DNA of 24,248 bases from a virus (Duplodnaviria; Caudoviricetes). The notes below the pieces were generated by a model. It had not been told where the DNA came from. It searched no databases and saw nothing but the letters and a program-made list of their open reading frames with translations. Positions 1 through 8,061 of this stretch are shown one piece after another; position 1 is the stretch's first letter, and each line of letters begins with the position of its first letter. The position numbers and the translations under genes were made by a program. The stretch spans positions 1-24,248 of the IMG/VR virus record IMGVR_UViG_3300031848_000045, one strand, 5' to 3'.

Positions 1-157
1 TATAAAGCTTAGAGAATTTATCCTCTATAGTTTCTAACTCACGCTTCATGGTTTCTAGTTCAATTATAACCTGGCAGTAATCTTTCATACATTCAGATTC
101 TTCAGATGTTGTCTGGATTTCCTTAAGTAACCTTAGACTCGCCTTGGCTACATCCAT
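1..157 (-). CDS. Hypothetical protein, truncated at window edge (MDVAKASLRLLKEIQ...)
   Basis: Hand translation: ATG at 157, open to position 1; start overlaps the end of the upstream ORF. Confidence 0.5.
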   Translation of the reverse strand, partial: MDVAKASLRLLKEIQTTSEESECMKDYCQVIIELETMKRELETIEDKFSKLY

Positions 158-288
158 TTCACTCTATTTTTTAAAACGCTTAGAGTTACACTTACATTGT
201 GTTTGATTTTTAGGAATCTTTTTACAACACGTAAATCCTTCTTTCTTTTCAGTGCCGACTTCAGCACTCTGGTTATCAGTCCTTTCAT
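148..288 (-). CDS. Small basic protein, 46 aa (MKGLITRVLKSALKRKKDLRVVKRFLKIKHNVSVTLSVLKNRVKWM)
   Basis: Hand translation, not in ORF track; ATG preceded by the phage-typical leader AAAACCAAAACCA; overlaps the tail of 164-469 in another frame. Confidence 0.6.
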   Translation of the reverse strand: MKGLITRVLKSALKRKKDLRVVKRFLKIKHNVSVTLSVLKNRVKWM

Positions 289-469
289 TGGTTTTGGTTT
301 TAATTAGTTTTTGTAAATAAATAGCTAAGTCCATTGCTTCTTCTTGGGCATGAACTAACCACTGTAATTCTGTTAGGTCTGTACGATCCATTGTTACTCC
401 GTACTTACTCTTACCTAACTCTGCTCTGTCTTGTATACTTATACAGACATCATCTTCTATACTGCTCAT
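164..469 (-). CDS. Conserved phage helical protein, possibly NTP-pyrophosphohydrolase (MazG-like) fold
   Basis: Motif RxxxGxxKYGxTxDRxDL...WLxHAQEExMDxxxY; the recognisable domain covers only the first ~60 aa. Confidence 0.6.
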   Translation of the reverse strand: MSSIEDDVCISIQDRAELGKSKYGVTMDRTDLTELQWLVHAQEEAMDLAIYLQKLIKTKTNERTDNQSAEVGTEKKEGFTCCKKIPKNQTQCKCNSKRFKK

Positions 470-470
470 A

Positions 471-1580
471 TTAGAAATTGTAAACTAAGCTTGCAACTCT
501 ACCGTTCTCCTTGTGGAATAAAAATCCTTCAACCGCCTTGGGGGATCCTTTATATCCTTTTTTTGAATGCCAGGAATCAGCGCCTGAAGGACTTCTCATG
601 TATTCCACGGTTACACCGATATAATCTTTAGCTGATTGGAATTTAAGTTTTATTTTATGGTGAACATGATGTAAAAACATTGTTCTGTGTCTACACTCTC
701 CCCACAATACAGGAGCCTCCTGTGCCATTAACAATGGTAAGTCAGCTTGTTTTGCTCCATCGCCATGCTCTAATCCAATAAGGTTGTTAAAGAATCTGTA
801 GTACTTACGATGAGCAGGTCCTGCATCAACAGTAACATCTTCTGATTCTCTGAACCATGATTTTAAGCAGTGAGCTAAATGGAATCCAGACTGGTAGTCG
901 TGGTTAGACATTGAGTGAACGCAATCTACAGGGGCTATCGTTGATAACATCTCTACCGCAGCTACGTATATTTCTAGGGCTAACTCGAATGACTGCCACC
1001 ACATACCGTCTTGATTCTGGGGGGTTCCGTTCGTTGTTGTGTTTAATGTATTGTCGACGTGTAGTACGTCATTACCAATACAGAGTAATACTCGACTGAC
1101 ATCAAAACCTTGAGCTTGATTCATAAGGCCTTGTACGCCTTCTAAGACTCTTTCTTTTGCTATCTGTCTGTTATACTCTTCTCCTTCTCCAGTCTCCTCA
1201 GCGATAGCTAATTTACCCACGTGAATGTCAGCAGGGTTTATAACTAGCAGGTGATTTCCTTGGATCTTGGTTAGGGGTTTTGGGTATGTTATCTTATGAC
1301 GGGATATTGTGTTCTCCAGGTCAATAAGTAACTTGGCTGATGAGCGTTCACTCATGTTGCCATCATTCTTTGTTACAATCGAGAATCTTGGTTCACCACT
1401 AGCGGACTGCCAGTGTTTACACGAGACGACTTCCTCTGGATCTACGCCTCTCTCTTTTAAGTAATCTAAATATACAGATGAGATTTGATCGTTGTCATTG
1501 ATATTAGAGACATCTATTGCTCTCATTTCCTTGATAACGTCAATTTCCTCTTGCTTGAGGCGCATTCGGTGATTCGACAT
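471..1580 (-). CDS. Calcineurin-like metallophosphoesterase
   Basis: Ordered motifs DIH, GND, (S)NHD, HGD, HHVH. Confidence 0.85.
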   Translation of the reverse strand: MSNHRMRLKQEEIDVIKEMRAIDVSNINDNDQISSVYLDYLKERGVDPEEVVSCKHWQSASGEPRFSIVTKNDGNMSERSSAKLLIDLENTISRHKITYPKPLTKIQGNHLLVINPADIHVGKLAIAEETGEGEEYNRQIAKERVLEGVQGLMNQAQGFDVSRVLLCIGNDVLHVDNTLNTTTNGTPQNQDGMWWQSFELALEIYVAAVEMLSTIAPVDCVHSMSNHDYQSGFHLAHCLKSWFRESEDVTVDAGPAHRKYYRFFNNLIGLEHGDGAKQADLPLLMAQEAPVLWGECRHRTMFLHHVHHKIKLKFQSAKDYIGVTVEYMRSPSGADSWHSKKGYKGSPKAVEGFLFHKENGRVASLVYNF

Positions 1581-1584
1581 GTGT

Positions 1585-1824
1585 TTACTTTATGTTAACA
1601 ATATCATGGAAGTCTGGATCTATCTGCTTAATCTTAAGCATTAACTCCTCGGTCTTGTTTTCCACGGACAGGTGTTCTTCAGGGGTGGACTCTGAGCCTA
1701 GATTGGCTTGTAATGAGGCGTTTAGACGTAACAATTCGTCTATCTTAACTCTAGATTCTTCACAAGTCTTATAGCTCGTGTCTTGATTCTTGCCTTTAAG
1801 CCAATCTATATATTCGTTTCTCAC
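1585..1824 (-). CDS. Hypothetical protein
   Basis: 79-aa ORF; GTGA start/stop overlap with the upstream nuclease gene. Confidence 0.7.
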   Translation of the reverse strand: MRNEYIDWLKGKNQDTSYKTCEESRVKIDELLRLNASLQANLGSESTPEEHLSVENKTEELMLKIKQIDPDFHDIVNIK

Positions 1825-2618
1825 AATGTTCCCTCTTCGATGTAACTATCTATTTCCTCAGTGCAAGATACAAAATATTTATCATACATTTCTAGCGTGT
1901 ATTTGTACTTCTGCCTCCCACTCTCAAGGAACTCAGGAGATACATCAAATATACCTACGTTGTACGGGAAGTTCTTGCCTATTACAATGAACTTGAACTG
2001 ATCCAATCCAACTGCATCTGCATAGAATGCTGCTTGCATATCGTAGTGATATTTCTTACAGTCATATTTGAACTTATCTATGCCTCCGAACTCTGCGGTA
2101 GTCTTAATGTCTGCGATAAAGTCAAACGATTTAAGGTCTAATTTACCTTTACACTTGATTCCTTTATCGGTAGTCCAGGTAACTGCCTGTTCCTTTTCTG
2201 CTTGAGAGATTAACTCCATTACCTTCGGGTGGTGGAATAGAGACATACACATAGCATCGATCTTGTCCAGATCTTTCACTGATATTATACTCTTACCAAC
2301 TGACTGAGCGTGAGATAACTCAACCATCTTCCACTTTTTGTTTATAGTAGATGTCATTCCTTTTTCCTTTTCAGGCCTAAGCTCTGTATCTAATATGTAG
2401 AATTGGTCATTGAACTTGTGGGGTTCTAATGCCATGCAGTGGAATGCACTACCGAATGTCATAGCAGGGGTTGCTTCGGGTGGAGAATCTAAGTATGCTC
2501 TGAAATCTGCTGGAGACTTAAGTAAGTTCTTTAGCATTGAGCAACTAACGTGTGTCTTGTCTGCGAAATATACTTTATCGTCAGCAAGGCTTTCTGTAAA
2601 CTTTTTGGTTGTTTTCAT
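1821..2618 (-). CDS. PD-(D/E)XK exonuclease, RecE/exonuclease VIII-like (DUF3799-type)
   Basis: SxSxLK, FGSAFHxxxLEP, CKGKLD...DIKTT, YxYxMQAAFY motifs. Confidence 0.88.
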   Translation of the reverse strand: MKTTKKFTESLADDKVYFADKTHVSCSMLKNLLKSPADFRAYLDSPPEATPAMTFGSAFHCMALEPHKFNDQFYILDTELRPEKEKGMTSTINKKWKMVELSHAQSVGKSIISVKDLDKIDAMCMSLFHHPKVMELISQAEKEQAVTWTTDKGIKCKGKLDLKSFDFIADIKTTAEFGGIDKFKYDCKKYHYDMQAAFYADAVGLDQFKFIVIGKNFPYNVGIFDVSPEFLESGRQKYKYTLEMYDKYFVSCTEEIDSYIEEGTL

Positions 2619-2646
2619 AGTGTTTGTTTTAAAATGTTTAAGGCAT

Positions 2647-2671
2647 AAAAAAGAAGGCCGAAGCCCTCTTT
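2647..2671 (-). terminator. Intrinsic terminator
   Basis: Minus strand AGAGGGC-UUCG-GCCUUCU then U-tract; G-U pair and cUUCGg loop fix the strand. Confidence 0.8.
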
Positions 2672-2716
2672 CTATTAACCAATTGAATAACCAACAATTA
2701 TGACAACCAAATCATA
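2647..2716 (-). ncRNA. Candidate small regulatory RNA (~70 nt)
   Basis: Flanked by a Bacteroidota-type promoter and a terminator; body UAUGAUUUGGUUGUCAUAAUUGUUGGUUAUUCAAUUGGUUAAUAG is antisense to phage start regions. 5' end approximate. Confidence 0.55.
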
Positions 2717-2719
2717 CAC

Positions 2720-2749
2720 CAAATATAGGTTATATAATCAGATTGTCAA
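2720..2749 (-). promoter_or_regulatory. Bacteroidota housekeeping-sigma-type promoter
   Basis: Minus strand TTGACA (2749-2744) ... TATATTTG (2727-2720), matching -33 TTG / -7 TAnnTTTG. Confidence 0.7.
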
Positions 2750-2762
2750 GCTATTGCTAGGA

Positions 2763-3122
2763 TTACTTTTTAACAGTCATCTTTCCTCTAGGTCTATTGG
2801 CCTTAACTGCCTCTTTCTTAGCGGCTTTCTTTACTGCCTTCTCTGGTTTAGCTGTGGCTACCTCAGCGGTTTGCTTTGCTTGGAAGTCCATTTGCTCCCA
2901 TACAAGACGCTGGATAGTACCAGCAGCATGACTTGCTCCAATGAAGTTAACCATCATGTCTTCCTTCATAGTTGGAGTGATCTTCACCCCAGCAGCCTCA
3001 AACATTTCTGTTAAATGTCCTTCAACGTGAGTTTCTAGTTCAGTGATAGCTTTCCCTAACGGAGAGTTTCTGAATTCTTGTTCTTGCTCAGTAACGGCAG
3101 CAATTTCTTTAATCTTTCCCAT
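2763..3122 (-). CDS. Hypothetical protein with Lys/Ala-rich C-terminal tail
   Basis: 119-aa ORF in operon; tail KPEKAVKKAAKKEAVK. Confidence 0.75.
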   Translation of the reverse strand: MGKIKEIAAVTEQEQEFRNSPLGKAITELETHVEGHLTEMFEAAGVKITPTMKEDMMVNFIGASHAAGTIQRLVWEQMDFQAKQTAEVATAKPEKAVKKAAKKEAVKANRPRGKMTVKK

Positions 3123-3133
3123 AGCGTAATTGT

Positions 3134-4108
3134 TTAGAATGGTAAATTATCAATATCGAAGATTTCTGGCACGACCTGATTCCTTTTAGAGTCAATGAAG
3201 TCCATGGTATTCTTTTGTAGAACATCTTCCCATACCATTTTTTCTTTGTTTAAAGATTTAAACCTACATATCTTAGGCTCGAATCTGAGTATCACAGGCT
3301 CATCTTCCTGAGTTGGAATACCTACAAGCTTCTGGAACTTAATCTTCCTTACGTGAAGTTGTGTGTCGCTCCAATCATCTGAGTTTGGATTCCTGTGTAC
3401 AACTATAAAGTTGTCCGTTCTATTCGCAAACATACCTCCCATTTCCACGTCGTAGTGTGATGGAGCAGGTGTTGTTCCGTCTTGATTCTTTTCTCTAGCA
3501 GCTTTAGTTACAGCATGTGTTACTAATATAAACTTTACAAAGTTCTTCTGTTTAAATCTACGTATGTCCGACAGTACTTGATAGTAGTAGTCGTACTTAC
3601 TCATAGACCTGTTAATAGCTAGATCATTCATTGGATCTACATAACATCCGTCAAAATCACCATTGTCTAGTTCCGTCTGGAATACTTCCATAACATCATA
3701 GATTGTTGGTGTGTTAGGAAACGATACCACTTTGAAGTGTTCCATTACCCAAGCGCAGGCAGCATCAAATACTGACCTATCCATCCTTTCGGATTTGGTT
3801 TTGTCGGCAGTCATTCCTATAAACATCTCTGCTAGATCTATAACCATTTCACCAACAGGTTCATTCTCAGGGCAGTAGCATAACCATTTCCATTTGTACT
3901 TTACTGATGCTAACATCATTAAGTAGAAAATAGCTGTAGTCTTCCCTATGTTGGCAAACCCTGTTATAACATCAAGCTCACCCTTTCTGAAGGTGTAGTG
4001 TTTGTCTAACCAGGGAATCCCAGTAGACAAGCCTTTGTTATATCCATTGTTGTAGACATGATTTAGATACTCGGAAACCTCTTCCTTAGAGTTTATCTTA
4101 TGCTCCAT
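3134..4108 (-). CDS. SF4 (DnaB/Twinkle-like) replicative helicase, no primase domain
   Basis: STG..LD, Walker A TGFANIGKTT, Walker B YVDP, LVTH, DNFIVVHR, HVRKIK. Confidence 0.88.
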   Translation of the reverse strand: MEHKINSKEEVSEYLNHVYNNGYNKGLSTGIPWLDKHYTFRKGELDVITGFANIGKTTAIFYLMMLASVKYKWKWLCYCPENEPVGEMVIDLAEMFIGMTADKTKSERMDRSVFDAACAWVMEHFKVVSFPNTPTIYDVMEVFQTELDNGDFDGCYVDPMNDLAINRSMSKYDYYYQVLSDIRRFKQKNFVKFILVTHAVTKAAREKNQDGTTPAPSHYDVEMGGMFANRTDNFIVVHRNPNSDDWSDTQLHVRKIKFQKLVGIPTQEDEPVILRFEPKICRFKSLNKEKMVWEDVLQKNTMDFIDSKRNQVVPEIFDIDNLPF

Positions 4109-4518
4109 TAGAAGTTGTATGAATCTAAGCGTGTCTTCTGAGCGTCTGCGACTTTACGTGCTCGATCATTAGACTCCTTATTAGTTTCTAATAGATATAG
4201 ATAATCTTCCCAGCTACCATTAGCGAGAAAATTGTTAGGATATTTTCTGAACTTCTCCTCAAAAGCGTTATGATACAATGGTATTAACTCCATTATAGTA
4301 GCTTTCTGTTGGTTGTTTAGCTGTTTCCACTTGATAAACGATTGACTCTTAGTCTTGCTTACCCCGTAGGCTTTATAGAAGTCCAGGAAATCCTGCGTGT
4401 AACTTGACATTACCTTCTCTTTAGGTTCGTATCCATCTTTCGATGTAATTACGTTCATTAAGAATTCAGCATCCTTAATTATCTTACCCAGAGTTTTCAG
4501 TATCAGTTCTCGGTTCAT
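4108..4518 (-). CDS. Putative replication initiator/helicase-loader-type protein (conserved phage C-terminal helical domain)
   Basis: Pattern FxxFYxxY...K....WxxL...Y...KYPxxFLxxxxWED; stop overlaps the helicase ATG. Confidence 0.6.
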   Translation of the reverse strand: MNRELILKTLGKIIKDAEFLMNVITSKDGYEPKEKVMSSYTQDFLDFYKAYGVSKTKSQSFIKWKQLNNQQKATIMELIPLYHNAFEEKFRKYPNNFLANGSWEDYLYLLETNKESNDRARKVADAQKTRLDSYNF

Positions 4519-4909
4519 CTTCAATTGGTTTGTTGGTTTCTAATATGGTTATATGACACCCTGCCTTTTCCTTATCGTATAAGTAAGTCTCAAATGAGGG
4601 CATTATTTCGTCGCAGTTGTCGTCGTGTATCCATCCGTATATGGTCATCTGATCTTGTACGGTTTGTAGTGGATTAACGTAATCGAACTTGTGTCGTGTT
4701 CCTCGTATAAACTTGAACGATATATGTACAGGTTTTTGTAATCCGTCGATGACAGACCTAAACTCTTCAGCATACTGCTCCCAATAGGGTTTAGTATTTT
4801 TGATGTAGTTCATTACTGTCTTTGAATGGATCATGTGTTTCCCAGTCCAGCGCTTACCATTCTTAGATGAAGGTGTGCTTAGTGGGATAAAGTATGTTCT
4901 CTCTTCCAT
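4484..4909 (-). CDS. RusA-like Holliday junction resolvase
   Basis: PSSKN, FDYVNxxxxVQD and GWIHDDN acidic motifs. Confidence 0.7.
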   Translation of the reverse strand: MEERTYFIPLSTPSSKNGKRWTGKHMIHSKTVMNYIKNTKPYWEQYAEEFRSVIDGLQKPVHISFKFIRGTRHKFDYVNPLQTVQDQMTIYGWIHDDNCDEIMPSFETYLYDKEKAGCHITILETNKPIEDEPRTDTENSG

Positions 4910-4913
4910 AAAA

Positions 4914-4921
4914 CAAAGATA
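4914..4921 (-). promoter_or_regulatory. -7 promoter element TATCTTTG
   Basis: Exact TAnnTTTG 4 nt upstream of the ATG at 4909. Confidence 0.55.
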
Positions 4922-4970
4922 GTAAAATAAATTACTCCCTACTAGGCGAACCGTTCGGGAGCATATTTAT

Positions 4971-5324
4971 CTAGAAAGGCATTGATCCATGATCAACAGG
5001 TGCTGTTGCCTCTGCTGAATCTGCTTTAGCCTCACCTTTATTGGTGAATACCTTCCAAGCATTAAGGTCTGTATAGTACTTACCTTTATACTCTCTTGAT
5101 TCTACGTCAAAGCTAACGTCTACTTTCTGATCTACCTTGTTGTACTTAACAAAGTTGTCTACTTTTTCTCCTCCAAAGAGGTTGAACGCTACGGTCTTAG
5201 CGTATTCACCGTCGGTCTCAACAACGAAGTGTAGTTTTTTCCACTCTTTGCCTGTAGATTTAGATATACCAGATTGTAATTCACCGATTGTCTTGATTGT
5301 TCCTGTAATTTGTAAGTTGCTCAT
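4971..5324 (-). CDS. DUF3127 family OB-fold protein (SSB-like)
   Basis: GkeWKK..FVVET...YxKxVAF...VxVxFDVESREYxGKYYTxLxAWK and PF terminus; Bacteroidota-typical. Confidence 0.85.
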   Translation of the reverse strand: MSNLQITGTIKTIGELQSGISKSTGKEWKKLHFVVETDGEYAKTVAFNLFGGEKVDNFVKYNKVDQKVDVSFDVESREYKGKYYTDLNAWKVFTNKGEAKADSAEATAPVDHGSMPF

Positions 5325-5364
5325 AATTAATGGTTTTGTGAGTCATTTATTTTAGACTCCGTTT

Positions 5365-5395
5365 AAAAAATAGGAAGGGATATTATCTCCCCTCC
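5365..5395 (-). terminator. Intrinsic terminator
   Basis: Minus strand GGAGGGGA-7 nt-UCCCUUCC followed by UAUUUUUU. Confidence 0.7.
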
Positions 5396-5405
5396 ATGGT
5401 AATGT

Positions 5406-5942
5406 TTATATATTCTCTTGAACTTCTTTGAGTAGTTCCGCTTCTTGACTCTCCGTCATTGAGTACTTGGCCATAGCCTCAGACACTCTTTCTGGATGAG
5501 TTGATGCAGCAGTAATCATAGCGTCGAAAGTCTTCTTGTCGAGCTTAATCTTCGGGTTACTTGATGCAGCAAAGTCTGATGCCTCATCTTCTCCGAATAC
5601 GCCCTGCGAGTATAGACCTGCAAGCTTTAACACTATACGGGATAACGCACGCTTTTCTGCCATAGCGACAGGGTAAGCATTTGAGTTGTTACCAGGCGAG
5701 CATTCTCCGTAAGTCTCTGTACGAGATTCACCCATAGTTCCTATTGCCTTGATAAGGCAGTACTTATGGTCGTCGGATAGCTTTACAATATCATAATTGA
5801 TGTCGATCTTGTAGGCGGCTTGCACCTTTTCTATACCCGATCTCGTTATGATGGTATAAAACTTATGCTTGTGTACATCTTCTCCTGTGAGGTTGCACTT
5901 CTTGAATAAGTCGTTGAGTAATTCACCTTTTGTTTTTGGCAT
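5406..5942 (-). CDS. Putative single-strand annealing protein (Rad52/Sak/ERF-like)
   Basis: IITRSGIEK and YPVAMAEKRALSRxxLKLAG...FGEDEA motifs; next to SSB-like and RecE-like genes. Confidence 0.55.
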   Translation of the reverse strand: MPKTKGELLNDLFKKCNLTGEDVHKHKFYTIITRSGIEKVQAAYKIDINYDIVKLSDDHKYCLIKAIGTMGESRTETYGECSPGNNSNAYPVAMAEKRALSRIVLKLAGLYSQGVFGEDEASDFAASSNPKIKLDKKTFDAMITAASTHPERVSEAMAKYSMTESQEAELLKEVQENI

Positions 5943-5986
5943 GATGTTGGTTTTAATGGTTAGTTTAAATAATTAGATAGCGTAGC

Positions 5987-6127
5987 TTATGATCCACATG
6001 CTTCGCAATCTTCGTTGTCGATACTACAAGCCTCTGGTTGATCCTTGGTTTCAAGGTCTGTAATCCAGGAGTCTAGGGTATCCGCTTTGTTTTCTTCAGT
6101 CTTAACTGAATCGTCATTCTTTATCAT
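5987..6127 (-). CDS. 46-aa acidic peptide ending CSIDNEDCEACGS (RNR-alpha C-tail-like)
   Basis: Hand translation MIKNDDSVKTEENKADTLDSWITDLETKDQPEACSIDNEDCEACGS; fills a gap in the operon. Confidence 0.75.
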   Translation of the reverse strand: MIKNDDSVKTEENKADTLDSWITDLETKDQPEACSIDNEDCEACGS

Positions 6128-6383
6128 CTTCTTTTGTTTTTATCCAATCTTCTTCAGCACGGGTTTCGTACTGCATAGGATCGAATGGTTTATACTTAGC
6201 CTTGGCTATTCCTTGCATGACTATCTTCGCAAAACCTCTGAGCAATATATGTTGCTTCCTGAAGATAATTGTCGATGATATTTCTACAAATAATTCAGCC
6301 ATTACTTGCTTAACTAGCTTGCTGTCAAGCTCTAAGTCGTAAGCAACTTCTTCGCAGATTTGGTCGATCTTTGATTTTTTCAT
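6114..6383 (-). CDS. HU/IHF-like DNA-binding protein
   Basis: IxEEVA..L......VKxV...F..I.......I.LRGFxK pattern; ATG at 6383 preferred over GTG 6389. Confidence 0.7.
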   Translation of the reverse strand: MKKSKIDQICEEVAYDLELDSKLVKQVMAELFVEISSTIIFRKQHILLRGFAKIVMQGIAKAKYKPFDPMQYETRAEEDWIKTKEDDKE

Positions 6384-6409
6384 AGGCACGTGAAGATACG
6401 AATTTAAGA

Positions 6410-6598
6410 TTACTTAGACAAGCCTTGTACTTTTACGTTGAGTACTGCTATTATTATTAGCAATGCTCCTATTACGTAAGGTGCGTACAGTGCTGTAATT
6501 ACCATTATCAGTTGACTAATAAGGGCTACCCCTGCGTATGCTATACCTACTTGGAATAGTAGCTTAGACAGAGAGTTTGACATGATTTCCTTGAACAT
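6410..6598 (-). CDS. Small membrane protein (two predicted TM helices)
   Basis: Two long hydrophobic stretches. Confidence 0.7.
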   Translation of the reverse strand: MFKEIMSNSLSKLLFQVGIAYAGVALISQLIMVITALYAPYVIGALLIIIAVLNVKVQGLSK

Positions 6599-6601
6599 AA
6601 T

Positions 6602-6949
6602 TTATTGTTTAAAGGTTATAAATCTGAAGACTTTTGATCGAGAATATTTCATTCCTTGCGATTCTTTGTGTCGCTTCAGCTCGGCACCACTTAATTCTAT
6701 AACGATATGACCTCTACTTGCGTTGACATAGTCATCTATTAGAAGTTTACCATAACGGTTTTTAACTTCTCCGTGTAAGCCACGTAGTCTTGGTGTCATT
6801 CCAGTGTTTTGGTTCATGCGTTGTAGACGCTCGTACCATACAACTGCGTTGGCTCTTTCAGGGATCTTGGAATCGAATATCACGGTTCCTTCTATTTCTG
6901 CTTGGCGTAACGCAGCTGCGTAGGTTAGAGCAATAGCTTCTGTAATCAT
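6602..6949 (-). CDS. Hypothetical protein
   Basis: 115 aa, ATGA overlap with upstream gene. Confidence 0.7.
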   Translation of the reverse strand: MITEAIALTYAAALRQAEIEGTVIFDSKIPERANAVVWYERLQRMNQNTGMTPRLRGLHGEVKNRYGKLLIDDYVNASRGHIVIELSGAELKRHKESQGMKYSRSKVFRFITFKQ

Positions 6950-7167
6950 ATTGCGAATGATGATTTATCGGCACCTTCCCTGTAGTTGTACCCGAACATA
7001 CGTCCAGGTCCATTACCTTCGTCATCTTGCGATGCGTACAGTACTGTTCCGTCATCAAATATTAGAGCGGTAGCACTTTCTGAGTGGTGATTACCTTCCC
7101 AGCCTTCAGCTTCAATCTCACTTGGCATCATTTTTCTGACGCTTACTAATTTTACACCTATCTTCAT
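6946..7167 (-). CDS. Conserved-looking phage hypothetical protein
   Basis: Motif FDDGTVLYASQDDEGNGPG; tight operon packing. Confidence 0.75.
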   Translation of the reverse strand: MKIGVKLVSVRKMMPSEIEAEGWEGNHHSESATALIFDDGTVLYASQDDEGNGPGRMFGYNYREGADKSSFAI

Positions 7168-7169
7168 AA

Positions 7170-7373
7170 TTAAAGTATTACTTGGTTAACAAATAGACTC
7201 ACAACGACCAGTAGCCAGCTAAGCAAAAGATGCCTATTGTCTAAGGTTGGTGTTTCGTCTTTATCTAATATTCCTTCGATCATAGCGTTGCCGAGATCTA
7301 CTACGAATATCATTGTCTGATAGATAGCGAATAGTAACGCTAAGCACAGCACTCCGTTTGTGATGTATATCAT
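7170..7373 (-). CDS. Small membrane protein
   Basis: Two hydrophobic segments; ATGA overlap. Confidence 0.65.
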   Translation of the reverse strand: MIYITNGVLCLALLFAIYQTMIFVVDLGNAMIEGILDKDETPTLDNRHLLLSWLLVVVSLFVNQVIL

Positions 7374-7750
7374 TGTTCGTTGTATTTACGATTTACTTCT
7401 GCGATTATATCCATAATGTTTACAGTCTCTACGTTAAGGTGGTCATTCACCTCTTTGTATTCCTGTTGATGTAACGATTCGGATACTGCATCTAACTGAT
7501 TATGAGGCATCTCCTCTACGGAGATTCTAGCCAGGTCGTAGATTTCATCTACTATATCCACCTTCAGTGGGGCTAACCTCTTCGTTGCTTTATAAGCGTA
7601 AGGCTTGCCATCTTTACCGATCCTTACGGATACAGCAAGAAAGCCATTCTTAGTGCTTAGATTTTTGACATCTTCTGGGGTTAACAATAAGTCAATCCCT
7701 GTTGTGTCTACCGTCGTAACGTTTCCTTTAATAAACTTTAAGTTATTCAT
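7370..7750 (-). CDS. Hypothetical protein
   Basis: 126 aa; leader AAAACCAAACCA-ATG. Confidence 0.75.
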   Translation of the reverse strand: MNNLKFIKGNVTTVDTTGIDLLLTPEDVKNLSTKNGFLAVSVRIGKDGKPYAYKATKRLAPLKVDIVDEIYDLARISVEEMPHNQLDAVSESLHQQEYKEVNDHLNVETVNIMDIIAEVNRKYNEQ

Positions 7751-7782
7751 TGGTTTGGTTTTAGTTAGTTGTTATTTAAGCA

Positions 7783-8049
7783 TTACAAAAAGTATGTTAT
7801 ATTTCTAACTTCTTTCTTTATTTGTTTTTCATAAGAAGTTCCTCTTGCAGTATATTGTCTTGCTTCGTTTTCAAGTATTGCAGTTAATATTGTTTTAGGT
7901 AAAATCATTGGCATGTTTTTATCATCCCATCCATCTACATCAACACAGCCTGAGTCCAAAACTCTATTAATGTTTTGCATTGCTTTTTGATGAGATTCAA
8001 TAAGCATATCACTAACTAGTTCTTTGATTTTCTCTTTATTATTTTTCAT
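7783..8049 (-). CDS. Hypothetical protein
   Basis: 88 aa; leader CAACCAAACCAA-ATG. Confidence 0.75.
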   Translation of the reverse strand: MKNNKEKIKELVSDMLIESHQKAMQNINRVLDSGCVDVDGWDDKNMPMILPKTILTAILENEARQYTARGTSYEKQIKKEVRNITYFL

Positions 8050-8061
8050 TTGGTTTGGTTG

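Noticed and set aside
2700-3014. Plus-strand ORF with an apparently good leader
   Set aside because: Antisense to a credible gene, atypical composition, no evident plus-strand promoter; the leader is better explained as the reverse complement of the candidate sRNA. Not fully excluded.
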